DNA of 64,000 nucleotides from Eledone cirrhosa. Lineage: Eukaryota. A model generated the notes under the pieces. It saw nothing but the letters and a program-made list of their open reading frames with translations, had not been told where the DNA came from and ran no database searches. Positions within the stretch are counted from its first letter, which is position 1. Each line of letters starts with the position of its first letter. This document shows positions 47,058-59,050 of the stretch, piece after piece. Made by a program: the position numbers and the translations under genes. The stretch is from assembly GCA_964016885.1 (NCBI GenBank), contig OZ024760.1, forward strand, positions 4,402,001 through 4,466,000, given 5' to 3'.

Positions 47058-47184
47058 ACACATATATGAAGTATCAAAACATCAAATATTTTTGATTTTT
47101 GTGCTTCTCAATAAAAAAAAGCTCAATAGACTTTGTCCAGAGCTATAATAATCTCAAATTAAAAGATATATATACATATCGCAG

Positions 47185-47342
47185 ATAAAGCCCGTCCTGT
47201 CACGTAAATCTCGCAGATGAGACCCGTCCTGTCGCGCCAATTTCATACATTAAGCCCGTCCTGTCCCTCCAATCTTGCAGATGAGACCCGTCCGGTCACG
47301 TCAATCTCGCAGAGTTAGGCCCGTCCTGTCACGCCAATCTCG
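47185..47342. repeat. ~33-bp minisatellite, about 5 copies
   Basis: gcccgtcctgtcacg..aatctcgcagat repeated. Confidence 0.8.
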
Positions 47343-48004
47343 TCCCTCTCATCTAACCCATCTTTCATAAAACACACTAGAATGTAGCACCTCCCTCTCT
47401 ACCCTCACCTTCCCCATCAGTAATAATAATAATATATATCCTCGTTAATTTAATAAGAGACAATTCAAACATCCATCCTGTTTCTTTGTTTGTGTTGTTT
47501 TTGTGTATAGTTTTGTTTACTTTTTAGTTGTTGTTTTTTTACTTTCTAGAACCAGATTACACAACATTAATGATAAAAACAGCTTTTAACCATGGTTCAT
47601 GCAAGATAAATAATCACTGTAGGAGAAACCAATACACACACGCATACATACATACACGCATATATACATACATATACGCATACATACATATATACATTCG
47701 TACGCACGTACATACATATATACACACATACATACATACATATATACATACGTACGTACATACATATAATATGCGTACATACATACATACTTACTGTACA
47801 AGATATAAACGATGAGGTGACCTTTAAACTTATAATTATACTATACATACATACACATTATATATATATATATATATACACACACAATACTATTAAATAT
47901 ATATGAATTAAAGCACACACATATATATATCCAATAAAAAGTCTGCTCTTTGGTTACAATATCGCACTAAATTTTGGTAATACCCCTTCCACCCTTCGTT
48001 CACA

Positions 48005-48015
48005 TTACGTAAATA
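48005..48015 (+). promoter_or_regulatory. Possible promoter element: TTACGTAA palindrome (PAR/C-EBP bZIP-type) overlapping TAAATA
   Basis: About 70 bp upstream of the signal-peptide exon; CCAAT at ~47931. Motif match only. Confidence 0.25.
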
Positions 48016-48078
48016 CAGACGCGACACAGAGCCGAGAGTCCTTACGGGCGGCAAACTTTATATGTAAACAATCGGACT

Positions 48079-48255
48079 ATGTATAAGATGCATTCGATTG
48101 GTTTCGGAATACGACTTGTTGTGACACTATTATTGTGTTACGTACCACTGGTAGTTAAATCCTGTGACTGTAGTGGTGAATCAGACTCGTCGTATTTCTG
48201 GTCGAGCTCAGATAACTCAAGAAAAGAATGTAAAAACAAAGCCAAAAACCACGAG
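48079..48255 (+). CDS. Probable first coding exon of a secreted Cys-containing host protein
   Basis: MYKMHSIGFGIRLVVTLLLCYVPLVVKS|CDCSGESDSSYFWSSSDNSRKECKNKAKNHE has a signal-peptide pattern and is non-repetitive. It ends at a consensus donor AG|GTGAGT (phase 0). Confidence 0.65.
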
Positions 48256-48526
48256 GTGAGTGTGTTTAACCCAATTATATGAGTCTTCATTTTCTTCGTA
48301 TTTCATTATTACAGAGGTTTGCAGTTCTAAATTAGTAAGGAAGAGGCTATATAGCCGGTCCCGATAAAATAGACTCCTAAGCTATGTAGCCAGTAAGAGT
48401 GTCAGACACCATGAGTTGCGGCCTTTTACGGTCTGAGTTAAGACAATTTGAAATCTTATACTCCATCAATTGTTAAAAAACAAGTTAAAATCATTTAGTC
48501 GTCCATTCATAACGTACGTTACACAC

Positions 48527-49070
48527 TTTAGTCTTTATTGTGTTGTATCAGATGAAAGAATGGTATTTAACTAATGTATTGGTACGCGATGGGGCCCACC
48601 GACAGTCCCGGCGGACAGAATGGAGAAGGCGTTTCCCCGGAGGACGGCAAGGGAGACGCGCTGGAAAAGCCACTCCAACTCGCGGGGCTCACACCTGCGG
48701 CTGGCCAGCTCAGCGCCTATGGTGGTGAGTAAGGAGGTAGCCCTAGGGCCGAGGACACCAGAAGTCTGAGAGCGACAGGTATTTGTGGAGTTTCGCCCCC
48801 TCAGCCCGACGCGCAGCAGAACCTGGGTCAGTCGCAGACTGCACCAGGTTGCGGCTGCAGAAAGTGCCGGTGCAAGTGGCATCCCAGACGAGGGGTTTGC
48901 CACCGCAGAACGGGAAGATGGTCATGCCATCTAGCCTTTTGCCGTCCTCTCGTCCAAGCCATGCTTAATGACCTCGTTGAGAGCAGCATGGCGTGGAATG
49001 CGGCCGGCACTGTGGCGACAGGAAAGCGGGTGGAGGCCGAAAGAGTCCACGGTGGAACCGCAGCGACATA
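48527..49070 (-). mobile_element. 5'-truncated CRE-like (RLE) non-LTR retrotransposon, 3' end
   Basis: Encodes a CRCG..H..C zinc finger, GRIPRHAALN, DGMTIFPFCGGKPLVWDATC, K..KY and FQRVSLAVLRGNA across frameshifts and deletions. AATAAA lies near the 3' end (48534-48539). Confidence 0.8.
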
Positions 49071-49650
49071 CACACACATCTTCACGTAAATATATAAACA
49101 GATACAGATTACAGAAGTGCAAACTCACATTAACACACACACACATCTACTCATAGATATTCATAAATAGACACATTATACAAAATAATTATTACATACA
49201 CACACATCTATGAATGATTGAGGAAGTAAGGGGCTGGTGAAACATTATAGCAATATCTGTGTTGCGTCCCTTTAGGGTTTACCGGCTACATAGGTTATTC
49301 GAATTAGTAACTATAGTGTATACTATATAATTATAGTAACAACGGTGTAGGGGTGAATTAGTCCCCTGAACTAAACGTAAAATGTTATAGAACACAAATA
49401 ACAAACTTCTTAGTTGAAAGTTATTAGGGTTGACGGAATCGGTGGAGCATGGGTGATGATGTTATTGCGGTATTTCTTCTGGCTCTTTACATTCTGAGTT
49501 CAAATCTTGCCCAGATCAGCTGTCTTTCATCATTTCGAGGAAGATAAAATATATTACTGGGTCGATTTAGTCGTTTTCCTTGCCTTTAGGCAATCTTGGC
49601 TTGATTCTGTGAGCGAGTAACATTTATTATATATCATTATATATATGAAG

Positions 49651-49835
49651 GGTGGTAGATTGGCAGAATCGGTAGAGCGTCAGACACCATGCTTTCTAGC
49701 ATAGTTACGTCCCTTTACAGTCTGAGTTCAAATCCCGCTGAGGTTAACTTTGCCTTTCATCCTTACAGGGTCGATAAAATAAAGTACCAGTAATGTACTG
49801 AGTATTTTGCTGGCCTTGTGCCTAAAGTAGAAACA
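49651..49835 (+). mobile_element. SINE family 1, full-length, with 15-bp TSD
   Basis: TSD attatatatatgaag at 49636-49650 and 49836-49850. Confidence 0.9.
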
Positions 49836-49855
49836 ATTATATATATGAAGATAAT

Positions 49856-50049
49856 TGTTTCTACTTTAGGCACAAGGCCAGCTATTACCCAGTGCATTAC
49901 TGGTACTTTATTTTATCGACCTCGTAAGGATGAAAGGCAAAGTTAACCTCGGCGGGATTTGAACTCAGAATGGCAAGGGCCGTAACTCTATACGTCAAAG
50001 CATGGCGTCCGACCCTCTACCGATACTGCCAATCCACCGCCCTTTATCA
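49856..50049 (-). mobile_element. SINE family 1, full-length, with 11-bp TSD
   Basis: TSD atgaagataat at 49845-49855 and 50050-50060. Confidence 0.88.
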
Positions 50050-50116
50050 ATGAAGATAATACTAGGTGTTTCTCAAATAGATATATGAAGACTTTATATA
50101 CATTATTATCACAGTT

Positions 50117-50167
50117 AGTTTCAGAAGATCCCGTTAAGGGTGAAAGCAGCGATTCTTTGCTTAAACT
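50117..50167 (+). ncRNA. Family-B type I hammerhead-like fold with CAGAAGA core
   Basis: Stem I AGUUU/AAACU; core CAGAAGA; stem II CCC(guuaa)GGG; GAAA; stem III GCAG/UUGC; UU at the cleavage position. Confidence 0.6.
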
Positions 50168-50339
50168 TTAATCTGTTATATATATATATATATATATATA
50201 TATAACTATGTGTATACTCTGGGAATGTATCTTACATTGCCCATGGAGTACGCTGAGATACAACCGGTCCTGGCATTGATAAATATGCTGGGTCCGTCAA
50301 CTCCTTATTATATATATATATATAATTATAAGTTTGAAG

Positions 50340-50600
50340 AATAGTCAGACAATTTTCATCCAATTTCTTTTCTCCTTACTCCGCAGAAATCAACTAGATA
50401 AATAATCAATTAAACGGAGTTAAGTTTAAAATGTAACTTTGAAGAAATAACAGATAAATGTTATCGATATTCCTCTATAAGGAACAATCAGACAAAATTT
50501 ACCTAGTCTTTCCTCTTAATCTGTAGGAAGTAACTAGATAAATAATCAATTAAACGGAACTAAGTCTAAAATGTAAGTTTGAAGAAAAAAATATAGATAA
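50340..50600. repeat. Tandem duplication of ~140 bp
   Basis: caactagataaataatcaattaaacgga..taaaatgtaa.tttgaagaaa occurs twice. Confidence 0.75.
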
Positions 50601-50606
50601 ACATAA

Positions 50607-50673
<67 letters not shown>

Positions 50674-51406
50674 TAGATCTATATGTATTTATATATTATA
50701 ATGATTTTCGTAAGTACAGAGTACTGAGTTGAATAATGATCTTAGCTAGTAAGACCACACACACACCACACACATATATATAAAAGGGTGGATAGTTAGT
50801 TGAAAAACTTCGATTAACTAACAATTGTACTTGCAATTGGTGAGCGGAGGACCGATTAAGTTCAACAACTTCAAATACTGCAAGTGGCTAGCAAGGGTGG
50901 GGGGGGGCTATTCCTCCAATATCAGTTGGTCCAAGTTGTTGAAAAAAATTGGAAGAGACTATGTAGCTGGTAAGAGTGACAAACACCATGAGTTGCGGCT
51001 CGAGTTAAGACAATTTGAAATCTTTTCCACCATCAATTGTTAAAAAACAAGTTTAAATCATTTAGTCGTCCATTCGAAACGTACGTTACACACACACACA
51101 CATCTACACGTAAATATATAAACAGATGCAGACAACAGAAGGAAGGAGCTGGTGAAACGCTATAGCGATGTGTGTTGCGCCCCTTTAGGGTTTACCAGTT
51201 GCATGGCCTATAAAAAAAATTACAGGGAGAATGGTTAAGCTAATTACATATATTAACAGAAGGGTGACCGATTGTGGCTTCGAGGGAGTGTTTGTATGTA
51301 ATTGTTGGTATATTGTCGGTTAATTGAGGTCTTTTCAAGTATTATATTACATATGTGAGAATTAACTATACATTAATATATGTATATATTTACACACACA
51401 CACGTA

Positions 51407-51695
51407 TGCCGGTCGCTTCATGCGTCACACTGAGCTAAACCTCATCATAGTGGGAGATTTGACCCAGGCAAATCTCCCCCTCAATTTTGGAACCGTCTGG
51501 GTTGTCCAGAATTGATGGGGGAAAGGCCTGACGGCCTCACCCTGTGCCTCTGGATAAGAGGTAGGTGTCTTATCTGAGACGTCACAGTTAGTGACGTTTT
51601 TGCTTCTTCCCACATCCTGGATACTGCGGTTAAGGCAAGAGCTACAGCTTCCATAGCCAAACGGAACAAAATTCTGAAATACTGTGATCTGTCGG
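51407..51695 (+). mobile_element. Second CRE-like RLE fragment (decayed)
   Basis: Manual translation across frameshifts: AGRFMRHTELNLII..PSILEPSGLSRIDG.RPDGLTLCLWIRGRCLI*DVTVSD..K..KY. Homologous to 48527-49070 but diverged. Confidence 0.75.
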
Positions 51696-51699
51696 TTAA

Positions 51700-54240
51700 C
51701 TACCTTTTCCAGCCTGTGGCGTTCGAGACATTTTCTTTAAATTTATGGTCAAACCAAATATATCACATGCTGAATCAAATGCTGAGATCAACAGTTGCAA
51801 ACCATGCTCAGTATGACTGACAAGGTCACAGTCATCGGCACACAGAAGATCTCTTATTAGTGAGGTAAATACTTTAGTCTTAAATTTTATTCGAGCTAAA
51901 TTGAAGACATTTCCTGTTGTATGATATCTTATATACACCCCTTCAGTGTTGTTCTGGAAAGCATGAGAAAGCATGGCAGCATTATATATCACAAAGAGAG
52001 TAGGTGCATCCAGGTCTCCCTTTTCCACACCATTTTCCACTGCAAAAGGCTCAGAGAGTGTGCTCCCAAAGTTAACTCTGACTTTCATGTCTTTGTGGAG
52101 AGCTTTTAATAAATTCACAAACTTTTGAGGGTATCCAAATTTAAATAGAACCAACCACAGGGCATTCCTATTAACGGTATCAAACACCTTACTGAGATCA
52201 ACAAAACTATGGTAGAGAGCAAGGTTCTGTTCAATACATTTTACTTGAAGTTGTCAGTCTGTGAAGATTAAATCATTAGTGCCTCTTTTTGCATAAAAAC
52301 CACATTGTGACTGATACAACTCTTGGCACTATGAATTTATTTAGCCGTTCCAAAATGTCACGTGCTAGAACCTTACCAACAACAGACAAACACATTGGTC
52401 TTTGGCACCAGATTTAAAAAGGGTGACCAGTATAGCATCAACCCAGTCGCGAACAATGGAGCATTACCGTGTGTAAATGTCCCACTATTTTCTCCCCTCC
52501 ATGTTTGAGAACCTCAGGATTAATACCATCCAGGCCAGGAGATTTATAGTTGTTTAATTTCTGTACAGTAGAAGCAATGTTATTTCTATTTGGTTCTGAT
52601 ACCATTTCATTTACAATTGGGTAGCTTTTCATTGATTCAATAATGTTTATGTTGATATTAGAGGGCCTGTTAAGGATTTCAGAGAAGTGTTCCACCCAGG
52701 CGTTCTGAATGGAGACAATATCAGTCAAGAGTGATTAACCATCTACAGTTCTTACAGGTGCTATTGAGGAGGATTGTGGACCATACACTTCTTTAATGAA
52801 GGAGAAAAATGCCTTTGTGTCCTTGCGTTATATTGCTTCTTGTGCTTGTTTGGCTTTGTTGTGCCACCCCTGCTGCTTAATATTTCTCAAAGCATTTGGC
52901 TCTTTTCTTTTTAGTTGCTTATAAAAGATCTTACAATTAGGATTGATTGATTGAGAAAGAAGTTTTTGACAAAGATTTTGTTTGTCCTTAAGTAAATCAC
53001 ATATTTCAGGGTTGCTATCTGTAAACCAGTCATTAGACCTCCTTGATCTCTCACCCACTGATGCAGATGCTGCTTGGAATACTTTTGTCTTAAAATCTTC
53101 CCAAAGGTTGCTTAGATCAAGTGTGATATCATCTAATGCACTACGAAAATTGTAGACAGCATTGAAAGACTTGAAATTTGCCACGTTAAGTTTCTTTGGT
53201 TCTTTAGTCCCAGAGTGTCTATTTTTTTAGTGTTATAGTTAGATTGAGTTTGGCCCTGACTAGTCGATGATCAGTCCAGCATTCTGCTCCTCTCATACTT
53301 CTTTTGCATCACATTTCTTTAACTAAGATATAATCAAGTAGGTGCCAATCCTTATACCTTGGGTGTATCCAAGTTGTTTTAAACTTATCCTTCTGCTGAG
53401 AGAAAGGGTTTGTTATTGTAAGTTGATGTTCAGTGCAAAAAGTGAGGAGTGAAACACCATTTCGGTTATACTTTCCCTCACCATACTTACCTAATGCTAG
53501 CCATGTCATTAGATCAGATCTGACCCTTGAGTTGAAATCACCTATAATTGTTGCTACGTTTGGCACAAGGCCAGAAATTACCCAGAGCATTACTGGTACT
53601 TTATTTTATCGACCCCGTAAGGATGAAAGGCAAAGTTAACCTCGGCGGGATTTGAACTCAGAATGGCAAGGGCCGTAACTCTATGTCAAAGCATAGCGTC
53701 CAACCCTCTACCGATACTGCCAATCCATACCAGCTTACCAGCAGCTGGCACATTTCTCACCAATTCTCCAAGTTCGCTGTAGAATTATTCAATAGATTCT
53801 TCTGAGTGTGACATTGTTGGAGCATAAACACTTATTATTGTGAAGAATCTTCCTTTCTTCAGATGTAGATGACATGGTATAACACGTTCTGCGGGACCAC
53901 TGGAATAATTTTCAAAAGACAAGACGAGAGAGTTTCTAACAGCCAAACCAACACCTGATTCTCTCCTTTTACCTTCTGCTACACCTTTCCAAAAGAAAGT
54001 ATAACCAAATCCACTTTCATTAAGCTGACCATCTCCATTGTCCAGAGAGAACTACTATTTCCAATGAGTATCTTTTCAACTCATGAGCAATCAAAGCAGT
54101 TCGTCTCTCTGGTCTTTGTGTCAAATAGGATGTTTAAAATTTTTTGTATGTTGTCGGTTGACTGCAGTATTAGAATAATGACCGGGCCCAACCTGCAGCG
54201 AGCTGGGACACCTGTCAAGCAAGATTGGTTCACCTGTTGT
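51700..54240 (-). mobile_element. Decayed RTE-clade LINE (APE+RT pseudogene), interrupted by a SINE
   Basis: Fragments VYAPT, GDFNSRV, TWIHPR..WHLLDY, DHRLV, KSPGLDGI, FDTVNR, GVEKGD..APTLF and LCADD, with many stops and frameshifts. Confidence 0.85.
53544..53727 (-). mobile_element. SINE family 1 inserted into the RTE endonuclease domain
   Basis: Reverse-complement full copy immediately before the GDFN codons. Confidence 0.88.
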
Positions 54241-55004
54241 TCCCAGATCTTCATTGCCATTTACCAATTCTATTTGAGACATTTCAAAATATTTTTAAAA
54301 GCATTTCAAGGTTTACTGCCAACCATATGACTGGTGTTCATTGAGCCTGTAGTGTACAAGAAGTACCTGTGCAGTTGAAAATATTTCTTGACCACAGAAG
54401 ATTTAATTGGTGTGACATATAGAATGAGAAGACCAAGAACTTCAGAGGCCTCAGTTTTTTATATCAGAGCTTACCATCTCCTAGACTAGTTGCAATAACC
54501 ATGCTATAGAGTCTAGTCTACCCTATGAGTCAGAGATTACTGATACTACCACCGCATAATGGGGACCCTCAGTGATCAGAAGCCTGGTATTATATTGGAG
54601 TTTTAAAAAAAAAAGAGCTGAAAGTATTTAGAATATATACACACACACACACACACCAACACACGCACACCAACACACAAACAGACACACATAAACATAT
54701 CTCGTCTGTCTTTTACAGTTTTACATTTAAATTACTTTCAAGGTACGTTGTAGAAAATTATATATAATAGCTTAGACTAAACATATATATTATATATATA
54801 TATATATATATATGCATACATACATATACACACACGCATACATATACGTATGCCCTTATACATAGACACTCACACACTGAGGTATAATCCTATTTTAGAG
54901 TTCCATTAAGTGTAAGAGTAATTCTCAGACAGAAATTTTGAAACCGAGAGAAAACAAACACAGAAAGGAAGTTTCTGTATATGAACTGGAGTAAAAACTG
55001 CGTT

Positions 55005-55240
55005 TTAAATGTAATGTAATAAAGTACGAAAGACGTGGGTAAAATTGAAAACAAAAACGGACAAATTTTAAATGTAATGTAATAGAATAAGTGTGAGAGT
55101 GTAGGTAAAATTAAAAAACGGACATTTTAAATGTAATTGTAATAGAGCAAGTGTGAGAGATGTGGGTAAAATTTAAAAAACGGACAATTTTAAATGTAAT
55201 TCTAATAGAGTAAGTGTGATAGGTATGGGTAAAAATTGAA
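55005..55240. repeat. ~60-bp AT-rich minisatellite, about 4 copies
   Basis: ttttaaatgtaat..aataga.taagtgtgaga..gggtaaaatt..aaaacggaca repeated. Confidence 0.8.
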
Positions 55241-55428
55241 ACAAAAATAACAGAAATAAAACTAAAACGCACTGTTAAAGATGTAATGGAGTCCGTGTTT
55301 CTTTAATAACAACTTTCATTAATTAAAACTATCTGTTTCGCCATATAGTATATATATATATAGTAATAATAATAAATTTGAAGACTAAAATCCCAAATAT
55401 ATAAGAACCGTAGAGCAAATATTTATTG

Positions 55429-55479
55429 AGTTTCAGAAGATCCCGTTAAGGGTGAAAGCAGAGATTATTTGCTTAAACT
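55429..55479 (+). ncRNA. Family-B hammerhead-like fold (CAGAAGA core)
   Basis: Same fold as at 50117, within a (TA)n-flanked element at 55362-55500. Confidence 0.6.
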
Positions 55480-55495
55480 TTAATCTGTTATTTTA

Positions 55496-55547
<52 letters not shown>

Positions 55548-55914
55548 GTATGTATCAGCATCATCATCGTTTAACGTCCATTTTCCACGCTAGCATTCGT
55601 AGGATGTACTGTCCCTTTGTGAGAGATCAGGTCGGAGGACCGTGTTTTCGCGCACACAGAACTGGTTTTGGCTAGGTTTCTACGCCAACCCCATTTACAG
55701 TGTGTGCTGGGTGCTTTTTGTGACACCTACACGACCACTTTACAGTGTGGGTTGGGGAATCGAGGACGTAGGTATAAGGGTGGGATGATTACAGCAAGGC
55801 AGATGTATAGGAGGGAGATGGTAGGGGCAGGTGTTGCCTACTAGATATATGCCTCAGGTCGAGCATATAGGAGGGCAGGATTCTGTAATATATATATCTT
55901 CATCTTCATCTTTC

Positions 55915-56312
55915 CCTACTTATTCCCGAGAGTGTCATGTTGTGACAGAGTCCTCAAACACTCCTTCCACCGGGTCCTGTCAGAAGCAACCGTCCCCAAC
56001 TGATCCGGCTGGATCCCCAAGCGTGACCAGCCAAGCTCATGGCTGTTGTCCAACTACCTTGCATGGGGTCTACCTCTGGGTCATTCCTACCTGTTGGTTT
56101 CTGTCCAGCAATTCTTTCCTAAGACATTCTAACCACATGTCCATAGTATCGGAGCTGTAGTCTCTCAATTCGGAGAAGTAGCAGCTCTGCCAGGAGTGAC
56201 TCTCTGATCTCCGAGCTACAAATATGTCCAGCAATTCTTTCCTAAGACATTCTAACCACATGTCCATAGTATCGGAGATGAGACCTCTCAATTTCGGAGA
56301 AGTAGCGGCTCT
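55915..56312 (-). mobile_element. RTE-type LINE 3' fragment with an internal ~125 bp duplication
   Basis: Homologous to 43203-43525; tgtccagcaattctttcctaagacattctaaccacatgtcc occurs twice. Confidence 0.75.
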
Positions 56313-56781
56313 GTATATTACGCGAAGCAATGTCATTTCAGTTTAACTAGTTTGTAAAAAAATATGGAGGGAAAATTTTATTTAACCACCATTTTGACAA
56401 GTCTAGAAACAAACATATACAAACTCCAAAACATGCCATTAAAACACTGTACAGAACTTTACAAAGTTATAACTGGCATCTGTCAGCAACACGCCAAAAC
56501 TATTATTTTTTTCGTTTCTTTTTTTTTTTTTATCTATTATTTTCATATATAAGGTTGTCTCATATATAACATAAACATAACTTACCTTCGCAATTGCCCT
56601 CCTGTCCCGTGTAGTAGTCACGTGGTGTGTCGTCTGCTCCTTCCAGTTCATGGTCACTTCTCGTTTTCCCACCACTTCTGAGATTCCTCCCCTCCCTATT
56701 TTCTCTCTCTCTTAGACTATTACACTTGCTCTGCATATACACTCAGGCATAAAATACGTATGTATGTATATGTATATATAA

Positions 56782-56815
<34 letters not shown>

Positions 56816-56819
<4 letters not shown>

Positions 56820-57170
56820 TGTTATACTTTGGGAGGGTCATGTTGCCAATAAGAAACACATGCACCAGTTATTTCACTCCAATTTATTGTAAATTTTTTT
56901 TTTTAATTTATAAATTTCCGGTTGGTTGGTTGGTTCCACAACCGGACGGTTGTTCATATATTGTCAAAGTTCTTTCGTCACACATTCTGTGACCTCTTCA
57001 GTGACTGAAATAATTAATTTAAAATTTTTTTTTAATTTACAATAATTTGGAGTGAAAGCAACTGGTGCGTGTGTTTCTTATTGGCAACATGACCCTCCCA
57101 AAGTATAACAATATCGGTTTCAACACACGTTTTCAGATAAAGAGAATCTTACTAAACAAATTCAGAAACG
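56816..57170. mobile_element. Head-to-head pair of family-A short elements (pLTR-like) between (TA)n tracts
   Basis: 56816-56910 is the reverse complement of ~57025-57113. Further copies at 46990-47057 and 60920-61210. Confidence 0.75.
56963..57005 (-). ncRNA. Family-A minimal type I hammerhead ribozyme with canonical core
   Basis: GUCA-CUGAAGA-G-GUCACA(gaaug)UGUGAC-GAAA-GAAC-UU-UGAC: stems I and II fully paired and all core nucleotides present. Confidence 0.75.
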
Positions 57171-57196
<26 letters not shown>

Positions 57197-57203
<7 letters not shown>

Positions 57204-59050
57204 CTAATGATATTTCAATATTCAAATCTTCTAAAAATAAGTTCATTTTCTCCGACAAAACTAAAAACCTATACGAAGTTAATAATAATTTACACGACCA
57301 ACTATTAATAGATAATATCACCTCTAAATACCAAATAGCTAATATAAACACGTATCATAATATAAATAAGGAAGCTAAAGAATTAGCTGTTTCTTTAAAA
57401 ATAGATAATAGGACAGAAAAACTTGCTAAACGTAATGCATATATCACCCTTAAAGATCACAAATCTGACTTTATTAATCGTCCTAGTTGTAGATTAATCA
57501 ACCCTGCTAAGACTGATATCGGTCTTGCCAGCAAAAAATTTTTAAATAATATAAACACACACATTAGAAGTAAGTCTAAATTACTCCAATGGATAAATAG
57601 CTCTTCCGTAGTACATTGGTTTAATATAATTAAAGATAAAAATAGTTCTAGATTCACCCAATTTGACATTGTAGATTTCTACCCATCTATCACTCAGACT
57701 CTTTTAGCGAAAGCTTTAAATTTCGCTAGAAAGTTTACCAATATCTCTGATATTGAAGAGAATGTCATCTTGCACGCTAGAAACACTCTACTCTTTACTG
57801 ATAATGACACTTGGGTAAAAATATCTAACCCAGAGAGCCCATTCGATGTCTCAATGGGCTCTTTTGATAGTGCTAATGTTTGTGATTTAGTCGGCCTATT
57901 CCTCCTACACACACTTAAAGAAAAATTCCCTAACCATATTTTTGGGCTTTATCGCGACGATGGTCTAATACTTTCCCATACCACCATAGGCCATAACTTA
58001 GATAGATTAAGGAAAGACTTAATAAAAACCTTTGCTAGTTTTAATCTTAAAATTACTATTGACACTAACCTTTCCAATGTTAATTTCCTAAATATAAACC
58101 TAGATTTGCCTACTGCTTCTTATAAACCATACCATAAACCTAATGAAAATTTAAAATATATAAATAAAGGCTCTTGCCATCCTCCTATAGTTTTTAAAAA
58201 CCTTATTCCTAATATTAGCCGTAGGATCTCCACCCTCTCTTCCTCAGAAGCTATTTTCAATAAGGCATCCCCCTACTATAATAAAGCCCTCCAAAATAGC
58301 GGATTTAGCGAACCGATTAAATACATACCCAACTATACTAACTCTTTTAAACATAAAAATAGGAAAAGAAAAATAATCTGGTTCACACCCCCCAACTCTC
58401 TAGCAGTTAAAACTAATGTAGGCAAAATATTCCTAGAGCTCTTAGATAAACATTTCCCTAGAACACATAGATACTATAAGATCTTTAATAGAAACTGTAT
58501 CAAAATTAGCTACTCCTGCGGTCCCCCTATTAAAACTTATATCATCAACAAAAAATCACCTAGAGAACATCAAAATTGCTCCTGTAGAGTCAAAAGTGAA
58601 TACCCATTACAAGGTAAATGCAACACCAAAGCCATTGTATATGCGGCTAAAGTGACAACCATCAGCAACAACCAACCAGCCACCAGTGAACGATATGTGG
58701 GTATGACACAAGACAAATTCAAAACGCGTTATTACTCACATGTCGCATCCTTTCGACATCCAGAAAAAAGATCCACAATAGCTCTGGCTAGCAGAATATG
58801 GGATTTGAAAGACCAAGGTATCCAATATAAATTGGATTGGTCAGTTTTGAATCAATCTAAAGAATATGCAAGAGGAACAAGAAAATGCACACTCTGCATA
58901 AATGAAAAATATTGGATTTTACAAAACCTTAAATTACCAAAAACCTGCAATACAAAGACAGAAATTTTCACCAGTTGCCCACACATGAAATCACACTTGC
59001 TTTCCAGCTCATATAAAGTTAACTCACTTTCAGATACTTATCCTCCATAA
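57197..59050 (+). CDS. Penelope-like element polyprotein (RT + GIY-YIG), 5'-truncated, Naiad-like
   Basis: RT motifs FDIVDFYPSI, DVSMGSFDSANVCDLVG and YRDD (57950-57961). Linker NCSC..PLQGKC. GIY-YIG IVY..YVGMT..FKTRY..H. C-terminal CTLCINEK..SCPH. No stops in this stretch. Confidence 0.9.

Noticed and set aside
47185-47342. CRISPR-like ~33-bp repeats
   Set aside because: Contiguous tandem units without unique spacers, no cas genes, eukaryotic context.
54719-54742. Possible micro-exon (ttttacag|...aag|gtacgt) as exon 2 of the secreted-protein gene
   Set aside because: It contains TAA in phase 0 after three codons and has no other support.
57065-57196. N-terminus of the 661-aa PLE ORF as called in the track
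   Set aside because: It derives from a family-A repeat plus (TA)n (IYIYIY) that happens to be in frame; PLE homology starts at ~57197.
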